The position numbers were made by a program, and so were the translations under genes. From NCBI GenBank assembly GCA_964643135.1, contig CAZXPC010000002.1, positions 73,049-137,048 of the forward strand: a DNA stretch of 64,000 bases, read 5' to 3'. Positions 54,881 to 64,000 of this stretch are shown here, piece by piece; position 1 is the stretch's first letter, and each line of letters opens with the position of its first letter. Origin of the DNA: an uncultured Candidatus Saccharibacteria bacterium. Its GTDB lineage: Bacteria > Patescibacteriota > Minisyncoccia > UBA6257 > Colwellbacteraceae. The notes under the pieces are model-generated. The model was not told the origin of the DNA and did not search any database. It worked only from the letters and a program-made list of their open reading frames with translations.

Positions 54881-55070
54881 CTTGCGGAGCCGAAGGTGGG
54901 AGATCTCACGTCGTCGCTACGCTCCTCCCTAAAACCCAGCGGTTTTAGCTCGCGTCTATCGGCGCTTTTCCGCCACGGGAAAACTCCCGTTTTCCCGACC
55001 CCTTTCCCGTTCGATTCCTTCACCACCAAAATCAAAAAGGGAATGATTTAGCATCATTCCATTCTTGATT
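54881..55070 (-). repeat. tRNA-flanking element, copy 2 (downstream of minus-strand tRNA-Thr(CGU))
   Basis: In tRNA orientation: an inverted degenerate copy of the tRNA 3' arm (GGTGGTGAAGGAATCGAAC), then a core GGGAAAGGGGTCGGGAAAACGGGAGTTTTCCCGTGGCGGAA…AAACCGCTGGGTTT homologous to 12411-12603, then a direct copy of the tRNA 3' end with the T-loop replaced by AGATCT (GACGTGAGATCTCCCACCTTCGGCTCC, plus strand 54884-54908). Confidence 0.5.
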
Positions 55071-55144
55071 TGGAGCCGAAGGTGGGAATCGAACCCACGT
55101 CTATGCTTTACGAAAGCATTGTTCTACCACTGAACTATATCGGC
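55071..55144 (-). tRNA. tRNA-Thr(CGU), CCA encoded; acceptor stem has two mismatches (6:67, 7:66)
   Basis: Reverse complement GCCGATA-TA-GTTC-AGTGGTA-GAAC-A-ATGCT-TTCGTAA-AGCAT-AGACG-GTGGG-TTCGATT-CCCAC-CTTCGGC-T-CCA. Confidence 0.5.
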
Positions 55145-55228
55145 TTTTTGGGCCCGTTAGAGATATTAATAGATTTGGTTTAAATAGACAATCTTGGATA
55201 TTAGCTCAATTTGCTTCATAATGGCTAG

Positions 55229-56194
55229 ATGGACAAGAAAGAAACAAATAACCTGGCCGATCTGATTGCTGACCTGGCCTCGAAGCTGGACATTCCGGCG
55301 AAAAAGAATCAGTTGAGAGAACTAGAGGGCGAGATTGGCGACCCGGATATTTGGCGGAACGATCGGGCTTTGGCCGAAGAAAAGAACAAAGAGGCCGGAT
55401 TTCTCCGCGATATGATTGAGAAGTTTGAAGCGATTAAATCGGTGGAAGATATCCGCGCCTTGGAAACGCACTTGGCGATGCGGGGCAAGTACGACAAGCT
55501 GGGGGCAATTATTTCAACTTTCCCCGGCGTGGGCGGGGAAGATGCAGCGAATTGGGCCGAAATGCTTTTGGCTATGTATGAACGCTATGGAGCCAAACGT
55601 GGCTGGAAAATGCGTCTCTTGGACGACAACGCTTTGGAAGTTTCTTCGCCTTTTGCCTATGGCTTCTTGAAAAAAGAAATGGGCGTTCACCGGCTGGTCC
55701 GAATATCGCCCTACGACTCAAAGAAGCTTCGCCACACGGCTTTTGCGCTGGTGGAAGTTGTGCCTGATTTGCCGCCGACTGATTCGGAAAATATAAAATT
55801 GCCGCCGGAAGATTTGAAGCTCGAATTTGCGCGGTCGGGCGGCCCGGGCGGACAAAACGTGAACAAAGTTGAAACGGCGGTGCGCATCGTCCACATTCCG
55901 ACCGGCATCTTTGCCGCGTCGCGCGCCGAGCGGTCACAGCAGCAGAACCGCGAAAAAGCGATGGCGCTCCTCAAGGGCAAGTTAGTAAAGTTGATGGAAC
56001 AGAACCATGCGCAGGAACTTTCCGAGCTGCGCACCAAAGTTAAGCCGGAGTGGGGAAACCAAATTAGAAGCTACGTGATGCACCCCTATAAAATGGTAAA
56101 AGATCATCGCACAGAAATGGAGACTTCAGACGTCGATGGGGTTTTGGCAGGGGACTTGGACAAATTTATCGAGGCGGAGCTTTCGATAAAATAA
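55229..56194 (+). CDS. prfB: Peptide chain release factor 2, compact, no programmed +1 frameshift
   Basis: SPYDS motif (RF2-specific tripeptide anticodon SPF-class). GGQ motif ([21 protein letters not shown]). No in-frame UGA near codon 25. Confidence 0.85.
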   Translation: MDKKETNNLADLIADLASKLDIPAKKNQLRELEGEIGDPDIWRNDRALAEEKNKEAGFLRDMIEKFEAIKSVEDIRALETHLAMRGKYDKLGAIISTFPGVGGEDAANWAEMLLAMYERYGAKRGWKMRLLDDNALEVSSPFAYGFLKKEMGVHRLVRISPYDSKKLRHTAFALVEVVPDLPPTDSENIKLPPEDLKLEFARSGGPGGQNVNKVETAVRIVHIPTGIFAASRAERSQQQNREKAMALLKGKLVKLMEQNHAQELSELRTKVKPEWGNQIRSYVMHPYKMVKDHRTEMETSDVDGVLAGDLDKFIEAELSIK

Positions 56195-56206
56195 CTCCAT
56201 CCGCCT

Positions 56207-56379
56207 CCAGAAATCCGAATCTCCTCCTCGCTTAGCTCTCTCCTCGTGACCGTACTCGCACACTGTCTACAAGATAGCGCTCATGGCCGCTTGGCCCAGC
56301 TTTACTATCTTTACGACAGTATGCTCGCCAACTCGGGGGAGCTAGAGCTCAGGATAGATTTCGGATTTCTCGGCTCTGG
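56207..56379 (+). repeat. Long imperfect hairpin closed by CCAGAAATCCGAATCT / AGATTTCGGATTTCTCGG; family partner of 12849-12962
   Basis: ~165-nt irregular helix with an apical GGCCGCTTGGCC hairpin and internal complementary segments (AAGATAG/CTATCTT, ACTGTC/GACAGT). Confidence 0.5.
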
Positions 56380-56496
56380 TTGCTAAAACTAGCTATATAG
56401 CCTCCGAACCGCCAGGCTCTGAAGCAACATCCCGCAGGAGAGTGGAGCTTGGTGCGCCGTTTTATATCTACGGCGACCACTCTCCGAGGGCGAAGA

Positions 56497-56530
56497 AAAA
56501 TCTGCCGCAGGAGCAGATTTATTCTGTTTG
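56497..56530 (+). terminator. Rho-independent terminator candidate (AATCTGC-CGCAGGA-GCAGATT plus TATTCTGTTTG)
   Basis: 7-bp stem with a U-rich tail between prfB and ftsE. Confidence 0.4.
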
Positions 56531-56609
56531 CTGAAGGGTTTGGTGGTGAGGGGGCGGAGGAGAGTTCTTATCGCGTGACTAATGACATTTCGATTTTTTT
56601 CTGATAGAC

Positions 56610-56638
56610 TTGAAAAATAGTTCCTAGACGAGTATATA
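56610..56638 (+). promoter_or_regulatory. Sigma-70-like promoter for ftsEX (TTGAAA, 17 nt spacer, TATATA)
   Basis: Hexamers at the appropriate distance (~34 nt) upstream of the ftsE start. Confidence 0.4.
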
Positions 56639-56671
56639 GCTAGTGTATATCCCGGTAACGCCAACAACAAA

Positions 56672-57349
56672 ATGATAAATTTTCAGAACGTTTCTAAAAA
56701 TTATGGCCCGGAAGAATCACTGAGAGACGTCAGCTTCCACGTTGATCCGCGGGAATTTGTTTCGATTGTGGGCCGTTCGGGCGCGGGCAAGTCGACCATC
56801 ATCAAGCTCTTAATCGGCGAAGAAAAGCCGTCGAAGGGCCGGATTACTTTTGGCCAGTATGATGTTAATAAGCTGAAGAGCCACGACCTGCCGAGGCTGC
56901 GCCGTCATATCGGGATTGTTTTCCAGGATTTTAAATTATTGCCGACCAAAAATGTTTATGAAAATATTGCTTTTGCTTTGGAAGTGGCCGGCAAGCCGGA
57001 ACCGGAAATTAGGGAACTGGTTAAAGAAGTGCTGGACCTGGTCGGCATTGCCGATAAAGAAAAGCATTTTATCCACCAGCTTTCGGGCGGGGAAAAGCAG
57101 AGGGTGGCGATTGCGCGCGCGATGGTCAACCGTCCCGACGTTGTGATCGCCGACGAGCCGACCGGAAATTTAGACCCGATGAACACGATGGGCATTTTGA
57201 ACCTCCTCACCAAAATTAATGAGATGGGCACGACGATCATCTTGGCGACTCACAGCAAGGATATGGTGAACCAATTGCGCAAGCGCGTGATTGTGATCGA
57301 GGACGGACGGCTCATTAAGGATGAGGAAAATAGTAAATATCAGCTATAA
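56672..57349 (+). CDS. ftsE: Cell division ABC ATPase FtsE
   Basis: Walker [10 protein letters not shown]. Signature [14 protein letters not shown]. Walker [13 protein letters not shown]. Confidence 0.9.
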   Translation: MINFQNVSKNYGPEESLRDVSFHVDPREFVSIVGRSGAGKSTIIKLLIGEEKPSKGRITFGQYDVNKLKSHDLPRLRRHIGIVFQDFKLLPTKNVYENIAFALEVAGKPEPEIRELVKEVLDLVGIADKEKHFIHQLSGGEKQRVAIARAMVNRPDVVIADEPTGNLDPMNTMGILNLLTKINEMGTTIILATHSKDMVNQLRKRVIVIEDGRLIKDEENSKYQL

Positions 57350-57352
57350 AAT

Positions 57353-58267
57353 ATGGTTACCGCTTTATACCGCATAATTAAATATGGATTGAAGAATTTC
57401 TGGCGGCAAAGGCTGATTTCTTTAGCGACATTGACGATTATTTTGCTGGCCGTTTTTGTTTTGCAGGGACTCCTGATTTTTAATGCGGTGGCGAACAAGC
57501 TGCTCGCGACGATCGAAGATAAGATCGACATCAGCGTTTACTTTAATACCAATGCGCCGGAAGATCAGATCTTGAATCTCAAGAAAAGTTTGGAAGGATT
57601 AAGCGAGGTTAAGAATGTTGAATACGTTTCCCGCCAGCAGGCGCTCGATACCTTTAAAGCCAATCACGCTAACGACAAAGATGGCAATATTGTGAAAGCG
57701 ATTGACCAACTGGGCGACAACCCCTTGCCGGCCTCGCTCAATATCAAGGCCAATGACCCGACTAAATATGCCGATATCGCGACTCACCTGACTGGAGATG
57801 CGCTCAGTAGTATCGTGAGCGAAGTCAGCTACAGCCAGAACCAGACAGTGATCGACAAGCTCGCTTCGATAATTGATGTGAGCAAAAAAGGCGGCATACT
57901 TTTGACGATTGTGCTTTCGCTGGTGGCTATGATCGTATCTTTCAACACGATTCTTTTGGCGATCTATTCGAACCGCGAAGAGATCGGGATAATGAGGCTC
58001 GTGGGCGCTTCGAACACATTTATCCGCGGGCCGTTTGTGGTCGAGGGCATCATTTACGGATTGGTAGCTTCAGTTTTGTGTATTGCCATAACTTTGCCGG
58101 TTATTTATTCGCTTTCGCCCTATCTCAAATTATTATCCAGCGATATCGATCTCTCAGCCTATTATGCCGCGAATATTTTCTCGCTTTTCGGCTACGAATT
58201 GCTGTTCGCCATCTCAATCGGGGTCGCCTCGAGCTTGGTCGCCATCAGAAAATACATCAAAATATAG
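57353..58267 (+). CDS. ftsX: Cell division permease FtsX
   Basis: N-terminal TM, large extracytoplasmic domain, C-terminal 3 TM. Immediately follows ftsE. Confidence 0.85.
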   Translation: MVTALYRIIKYGLKNFWRQRLISLATLTIILLAVFVLQGLLIFNAVANKLLATIEDKIDISVYFNTNAPEDQILNLKKSLEGLSEVKNVEYVSRQQALDTFKANHANDKDGNIVKAIDQLGDNPLPASLNIKANDPTKYADIATHLTGDALSSIVSEVSYSQNQTVIDKLASIIDVSKKGGILLTIVLSLVAMIVSFNTILLAIYSNREEIGIMRLVGASNTFIRGPFVVEGIIYGLVASVLCIAITLPVIYSLSPYLKLLSSDIDLSAYYAANIFSLFGYELLFAISIGVASSLVAIRKYIKI

Positions 58268-58270
58268 TTT

Positions 58271-58564
58271 ATGCTAAGCAGTATCAAGCCGCTTTCAAAC
58301 CATATTTTCCTTGAGGTCGCCGAAGAGGAGAAAAAGACTAAATCGGGAATTTATATTCCGGAAACTGCGTCGCAGGAGAAGCCGACAACGGGCACGGTGG
58401 TGGCAGCGGGTCCGGGGAAATATAACGACTCCGGCGAGATAGTGCCGATGACGGTTAAGGTCGGCGACAAGGTGCTCTTCAAGAAATACGGCATGGATGA
58501 AATTGAGATTAACGGCAAGAAATATCTGGTCGGCGACGAAGACGACGTACTGGCGATTCTCTAA
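58271..58564 (+). CDS. groES: Co-chaperonin GroES
   Basis: IKPLSNHIFLEVAEEEKKTKSGIYIPETA…GTVVAAGPG…. Confidence 0.9.
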   Translation: MLSSIKPLSNHIFLEVAEEEKKTKSGIYIPETASQEKPTTGTVVAAGPGKYNDSGEIVPMTVKVGDKVLFKKYGMDEIEINGKKYLVGDEDDVLAIL

Positions 58565-58669
58565 CTCATAACACATAACTAATAACAAATAACAAAATGC
58601 AATTAAGAATAAAATTCAGAAACAAAAAGTCGTTATCAGTCATAAGTTATCAGTCATAAGTTATTTATT
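58562..58669 (+). repeat. ATAACTCATAAC-type palindromic element in the groES-groEL spacer
   Basis: Left arm TAACTCATAACACATAACTAATAACAAATAAC overlaps the groES stop. Right arm GTCGTTATCAGTCATAAGTTATCAGTCATAAGTTAT ends 5 nt before the groEL start. Confidence 0.6.
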
Positions 58670-60331
58670 ATGGCCAAGCAAATTTTGTTTAACGAAGCGG
58701 CGCGGGCGGCGATGAAAAAGGGCATCGATAAGCTGGCTAATGCAGTTATGATGACTTTGGGGCCTCGGGGCCGCGCGGTCGTGATTGAGAAAACTTACGG
58801 CGCGCCGCAGGTTACTTTTGACGGCGTTACGGTTGCTAAAGAAATTACACTGGAAGATAAATTTGAAAATCTCGGCGCCGAGCTTATTAAACAAGCGGCG
58901 GACAAGACCAATGACAACGTCGGCGACGGCACGACGACCTCGATTGTTCTAGCCCATGCGCTGATTAATGAAGGCGATCAGGCTATCAAAGAAAGGGGAT
59001 TTAACGTGATCCAGCTTGGGCGCGAACTTCATAAAGCTAGTGAGTCGGTCCTAAAAAGCCTGGAGAGCCAGAAAGAATTGATTAATGATAATAAAAAGAT
59101 CGAAGAAGTCGCGACCCTTTCGGCAAAGGATAAAAATATCGGCAAGCTGATTGCGGAAGTGATGGAGAAGATAGGCAAAGAGGGGGTGGTTACGATCGAA
59201 GACTCCAACACGATCGCGAATAGCTACGAGCTGGTTGAAGGCATGGAATTCGACCGAGGCTATATTTCTCAATACATGGTTTCCAACCCAGAACGCATGG
59301 AATCCTCGATCGATGACCCTTATATTCTCGTAACTGACAAAAAAATCTCTTCGATCAAGGAAATTTTGCCGATTTTGGAAAAGGTGATGGAGAGCGGCAA
59401 GAAAGACTTGGTTATTGTGGCCGAAGATCTTGACGGCGAAGCGCTGACGACCTTGGTTTTGAACAAGATTCGCGGCGTTTTCAATGTTTTGGCGGTTAAG
59501 GCGCCGGGTTTTGGCGACCGCCGCAAAGAAATGCTAGAAGACATCGCGGCTGTAACCGGCGCAGAATTCATTTCTGAAGATCTGGCTAAAAAACTTGAGA
59601 CGACTGATGTTGGCGCTCTCGGCCGAGCGCATCGCGTGGTTTCAACCAAAGATAAGACCATTATCGTTGGCGGCAAAGGAGATAAGAAAAATATTGAAGC
59701 CAGGATTTCCCAGATTAAAGCGCAAATCAAAAAGGCTGAATCCGATTTTGATAAGGAGAAGATGCAGGAAAGGTTGGGCAAACTGTCGGGCGGGGTGGCG
59801 GTAATTCGTGTCGGTGCGCCGACTGAATCGGCTCAAAAAGAATTGAAGCAAAGAGTGGAAGATGCGGTCTCGGCGACCCGCGCGGCCATGGAAGGCGGTA
59901 TTGTCCCGGGTGGCGGCATTGCGCTTTATAATGTCCGCTTGGAATTGGGCGAGGCGAAAGAAGAATATAAAACGGAGGCCGACGCAGCGAGAGCGATTTT
60001 GAAACGCGCTCTGGAAGCCCCGATTACGTCGATTGTGATGAATAGCGGCGAAAAGCCGGAGAAAGTTTTGGAAGAATTAAAGTCTAAAAAGATCGCCTTA
60101 AAGAGTTTGGAGGGAGTTTGGCTGGGATTCAATTCGGAACACAACAAAATAGATGACCTCAAGAAGGCGGGGATTATCGATCCGCTTAAAGTTGTGAAAG
60201 AGGCCTTGATGAATGCGCTTTCAGTGGCGACTAACTATTTAATGATCGGCGCCGCCGTGGCTAATATTCCGGAGAAGAAAGAAAATGCCTCAAATGCATC
60301 TGGCATGTCGGGCATGGGTGGGGAATTTTAA
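58670..60331 (+). CDS. groEL: Chaperonin GroEL
   Basis: [12 protein letters not shown]…[23 protein letters not shown]…[10 protein letters not shown]…. Gly/Met-rich C-terminal tail. Confidence 0.95.
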   Translation: MAKQILFNEAARAAMKKGIDKLANAVMMTLGPRGRAVVIEKTYGAPQVTFDGVTVAKEITLEDKFENLGAELIKQAADKTNDNVGDGTTTSIVLAHALINEGDQAIKERGFNVIQLGRELHKASESVLKSLESQKELINDNKKIEEVATLSAKDKNIGKLIAEVMEKIGKEGVVTIEDSNTIANSYELVEGMEFDRGYISQYMVSNPERMESSIDDPYILVTDKKISSIKEILPILEKVMESGKKDLVIVAEDLDGEALTTLVLNKIRGVFNVLAVKAPGFGDRRKEMLEDIAAVTGAEFISEDLAKKLETTDVGALGRAHRVVSTKDKTIIVGGKGDKKNIEARISQIKAQIKKAESDFDKEKMQERLGKLSGGVAVIRVGAPTESAQKELKQRVEDAVSATRAAMEGGIVPGGGIALYNVRLELGEAKEEYKTEADAARAILKRALEAPITSIVMNSGEKPEKVLEELKSKKIALKSLEGVWLGFNSEHNKIDDLKKAGIIDPLKVVKEALMNALSVATNYLMIGAAVANIPEKKENASNASGMSGMGGEF

Positions 60332-60373
60332 TTTGTTTTTCAAATTTAGTGATATTTGTGATATAGTGGACTG

Positions 60374-60919
60374 ATGATTATATTAATTTTGGTTGTGTTT
60401 TTGTTGGCATGGGTCGCGTATGTTTTTAATTCTTTAGTTATTAAGAAAAATAGGGTTTCCAATGCGTGGTCGGATATCGATGTTCAGCTCAAAAGGAGAT
60501 ACGACCTTGTCCCCAACCTGGTAGAGACGGTCAAAGGTTATAAAAACCATGAGGCCTCGGTTTTGGAAAATGTTACCAAGGCCCGAACCAGCGCCATGAA
60601 TGCCGGAGGAGGCAGCTTAGCTCAGAAGGCGGAAGCGGAAAATATGCTTTCCGGTGCTTTGAAAACTCTTTTCGCGGTTACCGAGAATTATCCGGACCTC
60701 AAGGCCTCGGAGAGTTTCCAGAAACTTCAAGATTCATTATCTTCTTTGGAAGATGAAATACAATCCGCTCGCAGGTATTACAACGCGGCCGTCCGAGAAT
60801 TTAACAATGCCATACAGGTTTTCCCGGCTAACATGATTGCCGGACAGTTAGGTTTCAAGCCGGCAGAATTTTTCGGTGCAGCGGAAGAGGAGAAGGCAAC
60901 GCCGAAAGTTTCCTTTTAG
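60374..60919 (+). CDS. lemA: LemA-family protein
   Basis: N-terminal TM plus …NAWSDIDVQLKRRYDLVPNLVETVKGY…TENYPDLKASESFQKLQ…. Confidence 0.85.
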   Translation: MIILILVVFLLAWVAYVFNSLVIKKNRVSNAWSDIDVQLKRRYDLVPNLVETVKGYKNHEASVLENVTKARTSAMNAGGGSLAQKAEAENMLSGALKTLFAVTENYPDLKASESFQKLQDSLSSLEDEIQSARRYYNAAVREFNNAIQVFPANMIAGQLGFKPAEFFGAAEEEKATPKVSF

Positions 60920-60923
60920 CTTT

Positions 60924-62744
60924 ATGTTCTCGCGAAAATTTTTATTTTATCTCATCTCGGGTCTGTCAGTTTTAGCCGTTTTTTTAAGCGTCTTTATCCC
61001 GAGAGCTTTGGCGGCGGACTACGGGGAGCGGATTGATTCTTTCGTCTCTAATATTGCTATTCATTCGGATGGTTTAGCGGTAGTGACGGAGAAACTTAAC
61101 TATAATTCTGGCTCTATCACGCGGCATGGAATTATAAGAGATATACCCTTTGGTAGTCACAATGGCCCGGATTTGAATCTTCGGGTCATCGGCGTCACGA
61201 GTGATTTCGGCTTAAAAGAAAATTATTTAACCTATTTAAGCGGTGATAATTTAGAGATAAAAATAGGTGATCCGAATATAACTTTCAACGGCCCCAGGTC
61301 TTATCAAATTGTCTACGAAGTCCGTAATGCCATTAGGCCGTTTACCGATCACGATGAATTCTACTGGAACGTTACTGGAAATGACTGGGATTTTCCTATT
61401 AACTCGGCTTCAGCCGTCATCTCGCTTCCGCCTGAGTTGAGCGGCCAGAATATTAAGATTAATTGTTTTACCGGGGTCCAGGGATCGTCCGACAAGAACT
61501 GCACAACGAAGAATCAGGGTAATATAGCGAGTGTTGTCGCATCGAATGTTTTGGATGCTGGGGAGGGCCTGACCGCGGCTGTCTCCTTCCCGACGGGTTA
61601 TATATCAACTAACGCGATAGCTTCGAATAGTGGTGATTATTCGGGAATTTCAGTTTCAGCCGGTCAGGGCTGGTTGTTTTTTATCGGCATCTTCGCCCTC
61701 TTCGGAATCATATTTGTTGTGGCGATAATAAAGCAGATCGTTCCCGCTCTATTCTATAAAAAGCCCAAACCGGTTGTCCCTTGGGCCTTAAGAGGTAAGC
61801 CGGTCGTGGTCGAATATACCCCGCCGGCTAACCTGCCGCCGATTGAAGTCGGGACGATCTTGGACCGGAAAGTCGACCTGACGGATATCTCCTCAGTCAT
61901 AGTGGATTTGGCGGTTAAGGGCTATCTTAAGATAAAATATATCAATAAAGAGATTCCATTTTGGCCTGACAAGAAAGATTACCAGCTAGTTAAGTTAAAA
62001 GATGGCGCCGATCTGGTTCACCCTGCCTATCAAATTATTTTCGACTACCTCTTCTCCGGCCGCGATGAGGTGACGCTGTCTGACCTAAAGAACAGCAGTT
62101 CCTATCAATCGGCTAAGCTGAAAGACCTGATCAAGGATACGCAAGACCATCTCCATGATGAGGGCTACCTGCCGATGACGAGCCAAAGCCTTAACGCAAT
62201 CAGAGTGGGGATGTCGATTGCAATCTTCTTCCTGCTTCAGCTCTCTCTTAGTTTTATCGCCGGGCCGATTTTTCCGCTCGTGATTATTATCGCCGTTGGC
62301 TCAATCGGTACGGTTAACAGGTATTTTTCTTCGAAATTAACACCGATGGGTTTGGATGTACTTTATAAGATTCTTGGTTTCAGGGATTTTCTCCGTCTCA
62401 CCGAAACTGACCGGTTGAAACTTTTGAACGCGCCGAAACTTGAGCCGCAGATTTTCGAAAAGTTTTTGCCCTATGCCATGGTCCTGGGTGTTGAGAACGA
62501 ATGGGCTAAGCAGTTCGAAGGCATTTATCAAGGTAGCCCGATCTGGTACGAAGACACGGTCAATCATAACTTAGCCTTCAACGCTCTTATTTTGAATAAC
62601 AGCCTCAACTCTTTCGGCAGCAGTTTTAATAAATCTTTTAGCGTGCCGGCTAACAAATATGGGAGCGGCTTTGGCGGCGGAGGCTTTGGCGGCGGAGGAT
62701 TTTCGGGCGGCGGCTCGGGCGGCGGCGGGGGACACGGCTGGTAG
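60924..62744 (+). CDS. DUF2207-family membrane protein with a Gly-rich C-terminus (start moved to the internal Met at 60924 to avoid overlap with lemA)
   Basis: Signal/TM segment, a large extracytoplasmic domain, internal TM helices and a C-terminal GSGFGGGGFGGGGFSGGGSGGGGGHGW. A classic LemA partner. Confidence 0.7.
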   Translation: MFSRKFLFYLISGLSVLAVFLSVFIPRALAADYGERIDSFVSNIAIHSDGLAVVTEKLNYNSGSITRHGIIRDIPFGSHNGPDLNLRVIGVTSDFGLKENYLTYLSGDNLEIKIGDPNITFNGPRSYQIVYEVRNAIRPFTDHDEFYWNVTGNDWDFPINSASAVISLPPELSGQNIKINCFTGVQGSSDKNCTTKNQGNIASVVASNVLDAGEGLTAAVSFPTGYISTNAIASNSGDYSGISVSAGQGWLFFIGIFALFGIIFVVAIIKQIVPALFYKKPKPVVPWALRGKPVVVEYTPPANLPPIEVGTILDRKVDLTDISSVIVDLAVKGYLKIKYINKEIPFWPDKKDYQLVKLKDGADLVHPAYQIIFDYLFSGRDEVTLSDLKNSSSYQSAKLKDLIKDTQDHLHDEGYLPMTSQSLNAIRVGMSIAIFFLLQLSLSFIAGPIFPLVIIIAVGSIGTVNRYFSSKLTPMGLDVLYKILGFRDFLRLTETDRLKLLNAPKLEPQIFEKFLPYAMVLGVENEWAKQFEGIYQGSPIWYEDTVNHNLAFNALILNNSLNSFGSSFNKSFSVPANKYGSGFGGGGFGGGGFSGGGSGGGGGHGW

Positions 62745-62798
62745 AGATTCATCAGCGCTCTTGCGGATTAATAATATTGGTTCTAATATACACAGCGC

Positions 62799-63485
62799 AT
62801 GAAAAATAAACTTGTGGTGGTCTCTTTGGGCGGCTCGATTGTCGCGCCTGACGGCATCGATGCTGATTTTCTAAAAAAGTTCAACCGCTTTATTCGCGGG
62901 TTCGTTAAAAGGGGTTATCAATTTGTGATTGTTGTTGGCGGGGGCAAAATTTGCCGCCACTATCAAGATGCCGCTTCGAAAGTTATGGGCAAAGTCTCAG
63001 ATGAAGACCAAGATTGGCTTGGCATTCACGCCACTCGTTTAAACGCTCAGCTGTTGCGGACGATTTTTAAAGATATCGCGAATCCGGTCTTATTCGATCA
63101 CGCCGGCCGTTTTCTGAAACTTGAATATCCGGTTACGATTGGCGCCGGCTGGAAGCCGGGCTGGTCGACTGATTACGTCACGTCAGCCATCGCAGTTGAG
63201 TTTGGCGCCAAGATTATTGTAAACGCGGGCAAGCCGACGCATGTTTTTGATAAAGATCCGCATGTGCATAAAGATGCTAAGCACTTCGGCGCTCTAAGCT
63301 GGAAGGATTACCGGAAATTCATACCTAAAAAGTGGTCGCCGGGGCTCTCGAGCCCGTTTGATCCGGTGGGCGCCAAGCTTTGTGAGAAGGAGGGGATTAG
63401 GGTCGCTATCATTAATGGCAAGGATCTAGAGAATTTCAAAAAGGTTATAGAAGGCAAAGACTTTGTCGGCACGATTATATCTTAA
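62799..63485 (+). CDS. pyrH: Uridylate kinase, archaeal-type (amino-acid kinase family)
   Basis: VVSLGGSIVAP…VIVVGGGK…GIHATRLNAQLL…GAGWKPGWSTDYV… colinear with archaeal-type PyrH. Confidence 0.7.
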   Translation: MKNKLVVVSLGGSIVAPDGIDADFLKKFNRFIRGFVKRGYQFVIVVGGGKICRHYQDAASKVMGKVSDEDQDWLGIHATRLNAQLLRTIFKDIANPVLFDHAGRFLKLEYPVTIGAGWKPGWSTDYVTSAIAVEFGAKIIVNAGKPTHVFDKDPHVHKDAKHFGALSWKDYRKFIPKKWSPGLSSPFDPVGAKLCEKEGIRVAIINGKDLENFKKVIEGKDFVGTIIS

Positions 63486-63516
63486 TGCGGAGGGCAGTGG
63501 ACGATGTTAGAACCTA

Positions 63517-63876
63517 TTGGCAGACTACTACGGAGAGGTTTTTCATACCAAGTTTATCAAACAGAGTATTCGTTTGAATAAAAAAAGCGTGAACTGGTCA
63601 CGCACCGCAAGAGCGGATTTATTTGAACGGATTGAATCGGTCAAGGAACTTGAGGAATCTTTCCAGCTTGTTACGAGGTCCGAAAGTTGGAACATTGTCC
63701 AGATGCCGGCTGGCTCCGCTCAAGGCTCTCGGACAGGCGAGCATTCGACAGTGGAGGTTATGGAATCCCTGCTGTGTTACACTCTCGTGGTTGTGGCAAA
63801 CCATATCGGTAATACCAGCTCCTCCACGATGTGGAGGACAAATCTTGTCTTGAGTCATTGTCACTCCACCCGGTAA
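63517..63876 (+). CDS. Questionable ORF (TTG start) in a region with overlapping ORFs on both strands; may be non-coding
   Basis: No recognizable motifs. Three other ORFs overlap it. Lies between pyrH and tRNA-Ser. Confidence 0.15.
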   Translation: MADYYGEVFHTKFIKQSIRLNKKSVNWSRTARADLFERIESVKELEESFQLVTRSESWNIVQMPAGSAQGSRTGEHSTVEVMESLLCYTLVVVANHIGNTSSSTMWRTNLVLSHCHSTR

Positions 63877-63909
63877 TATTGAAACACAAATATATTATTA
63901 CGTCAATTG

Positions 63910-63994
63910 CGGAGAGGGAGAGATTCGAACTCTCGATACCTTGCGGTATACAGTCTTTCCAGGACTGCCAATTAAACCACTCTTGCACCTCTCC
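63910..63994 (-). tRNA. tRNA-Ser(GGA), type II
   Basis: Reverse complement GGAGAGG-TG-CAA-GAGTGGTTTAA-TTG-G-CAGTC-CTGGAAA-GACTG-(16-nt variable arm)-GAGAG-TTCGAAT-CTCTC-CCTCTCC-G. Confidence 0.8.
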
Positions 63995-64000
63995 AGATAA

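Noticed and set aside
56195-56671. Possible tmRNA (ssrA) in the structured prfB-ftsE spacer
   Set aside because: No tRNA-like acceptor/T-arm pair (…GGUUCGAnUCC…CCACCA) on either strand, and no tag-peptide reading frame ending in …LAA plus stop. The candidate frames end in non-canonical sequences.
58268-58670. CIRCE heat-shock operator (TTAGCACTC-N9-GAGTGCTAA) near groES/groEL
   Set aside because: No CIRCE-like inverted repeat is present. groES follows ftsX with a 3-nt gap, and the groES-groEL spacer instead carries the ATAACTCATAAC palindrome.
63486-63909. RNase P RNA or SRP RNA between pyrH and tRNA-Ser
   Set aside because: Conserved RNase P elements (GGAAAGUCCGGGCUCC, ACAGAAnCCGGCUUA) and the SRP domain-IV GNRA/AGCA-CAGG arrangement are absent. 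Only scattered short matches were seen.
1-64000. CRISPR arrays or cas genes
   Set aside because: No regularly spaced short direct repeats with unique spacers were seen. The repeat families present are palindromic or tRNA-derived intergenic elements, not CRISPR-like.

Overview
This 64 kb window looks like a contig from a small-genome, CPR/Patescibacteria-like bacterium. GC is roughly 45-50%, with a few richer islands, and TGA is used as a stop codon. Almost every gene is on the + strand. The housekeeping genes include a hinge-less SMC, rpsP, a KH protein, trmD, rpsB, a very short tsf, rpmG, hpf, secA, lepA, an RF2 (prfB) with no programmed frameshift, ftsEX, groES/groEL, lemA plus a DUF2207 protein, and pyrH. 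Six tRNA genes are present, and one of them, tRNA-Thr(GGU), carries a 193-nt group I-like intron next to a LAGLIDADG-type ORF.

Two accessory blocks stand out. The first (25.2-38.0 kb) holds a pilM/N-pilO operon placed divergently from a strongly expressed, sequon-rich type IV pilin gene. Downstream of the pilin gene are five paralogous GT-C-like polytopic membrane proteins, two of which share a ~625-690 bp identical 5' half, together with a GT2 polyprenyl-phosphate sugar synthase and a SAM methyltransferase. I read this as a candidate pilin or surface-protein glycosylation system. The second block (38.8-54.9 kb) is pilB-pilC followed by a 2871-aa protein that has a type IV pilin N-terminus, then a 749-aa pseudopilin with a propeller-like domain, and two minor pilins.

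The intergenic regions carry at least four families of short structured repeats. Two of them are built around tRNA 3' ends. One family flanks a four-helix-bundle (IVS-protein-like) gene as a hairpin cassette. One is a conserved ~70-nt leader upstream of two large surface-protein genes. None of these can be named from sequence alone.
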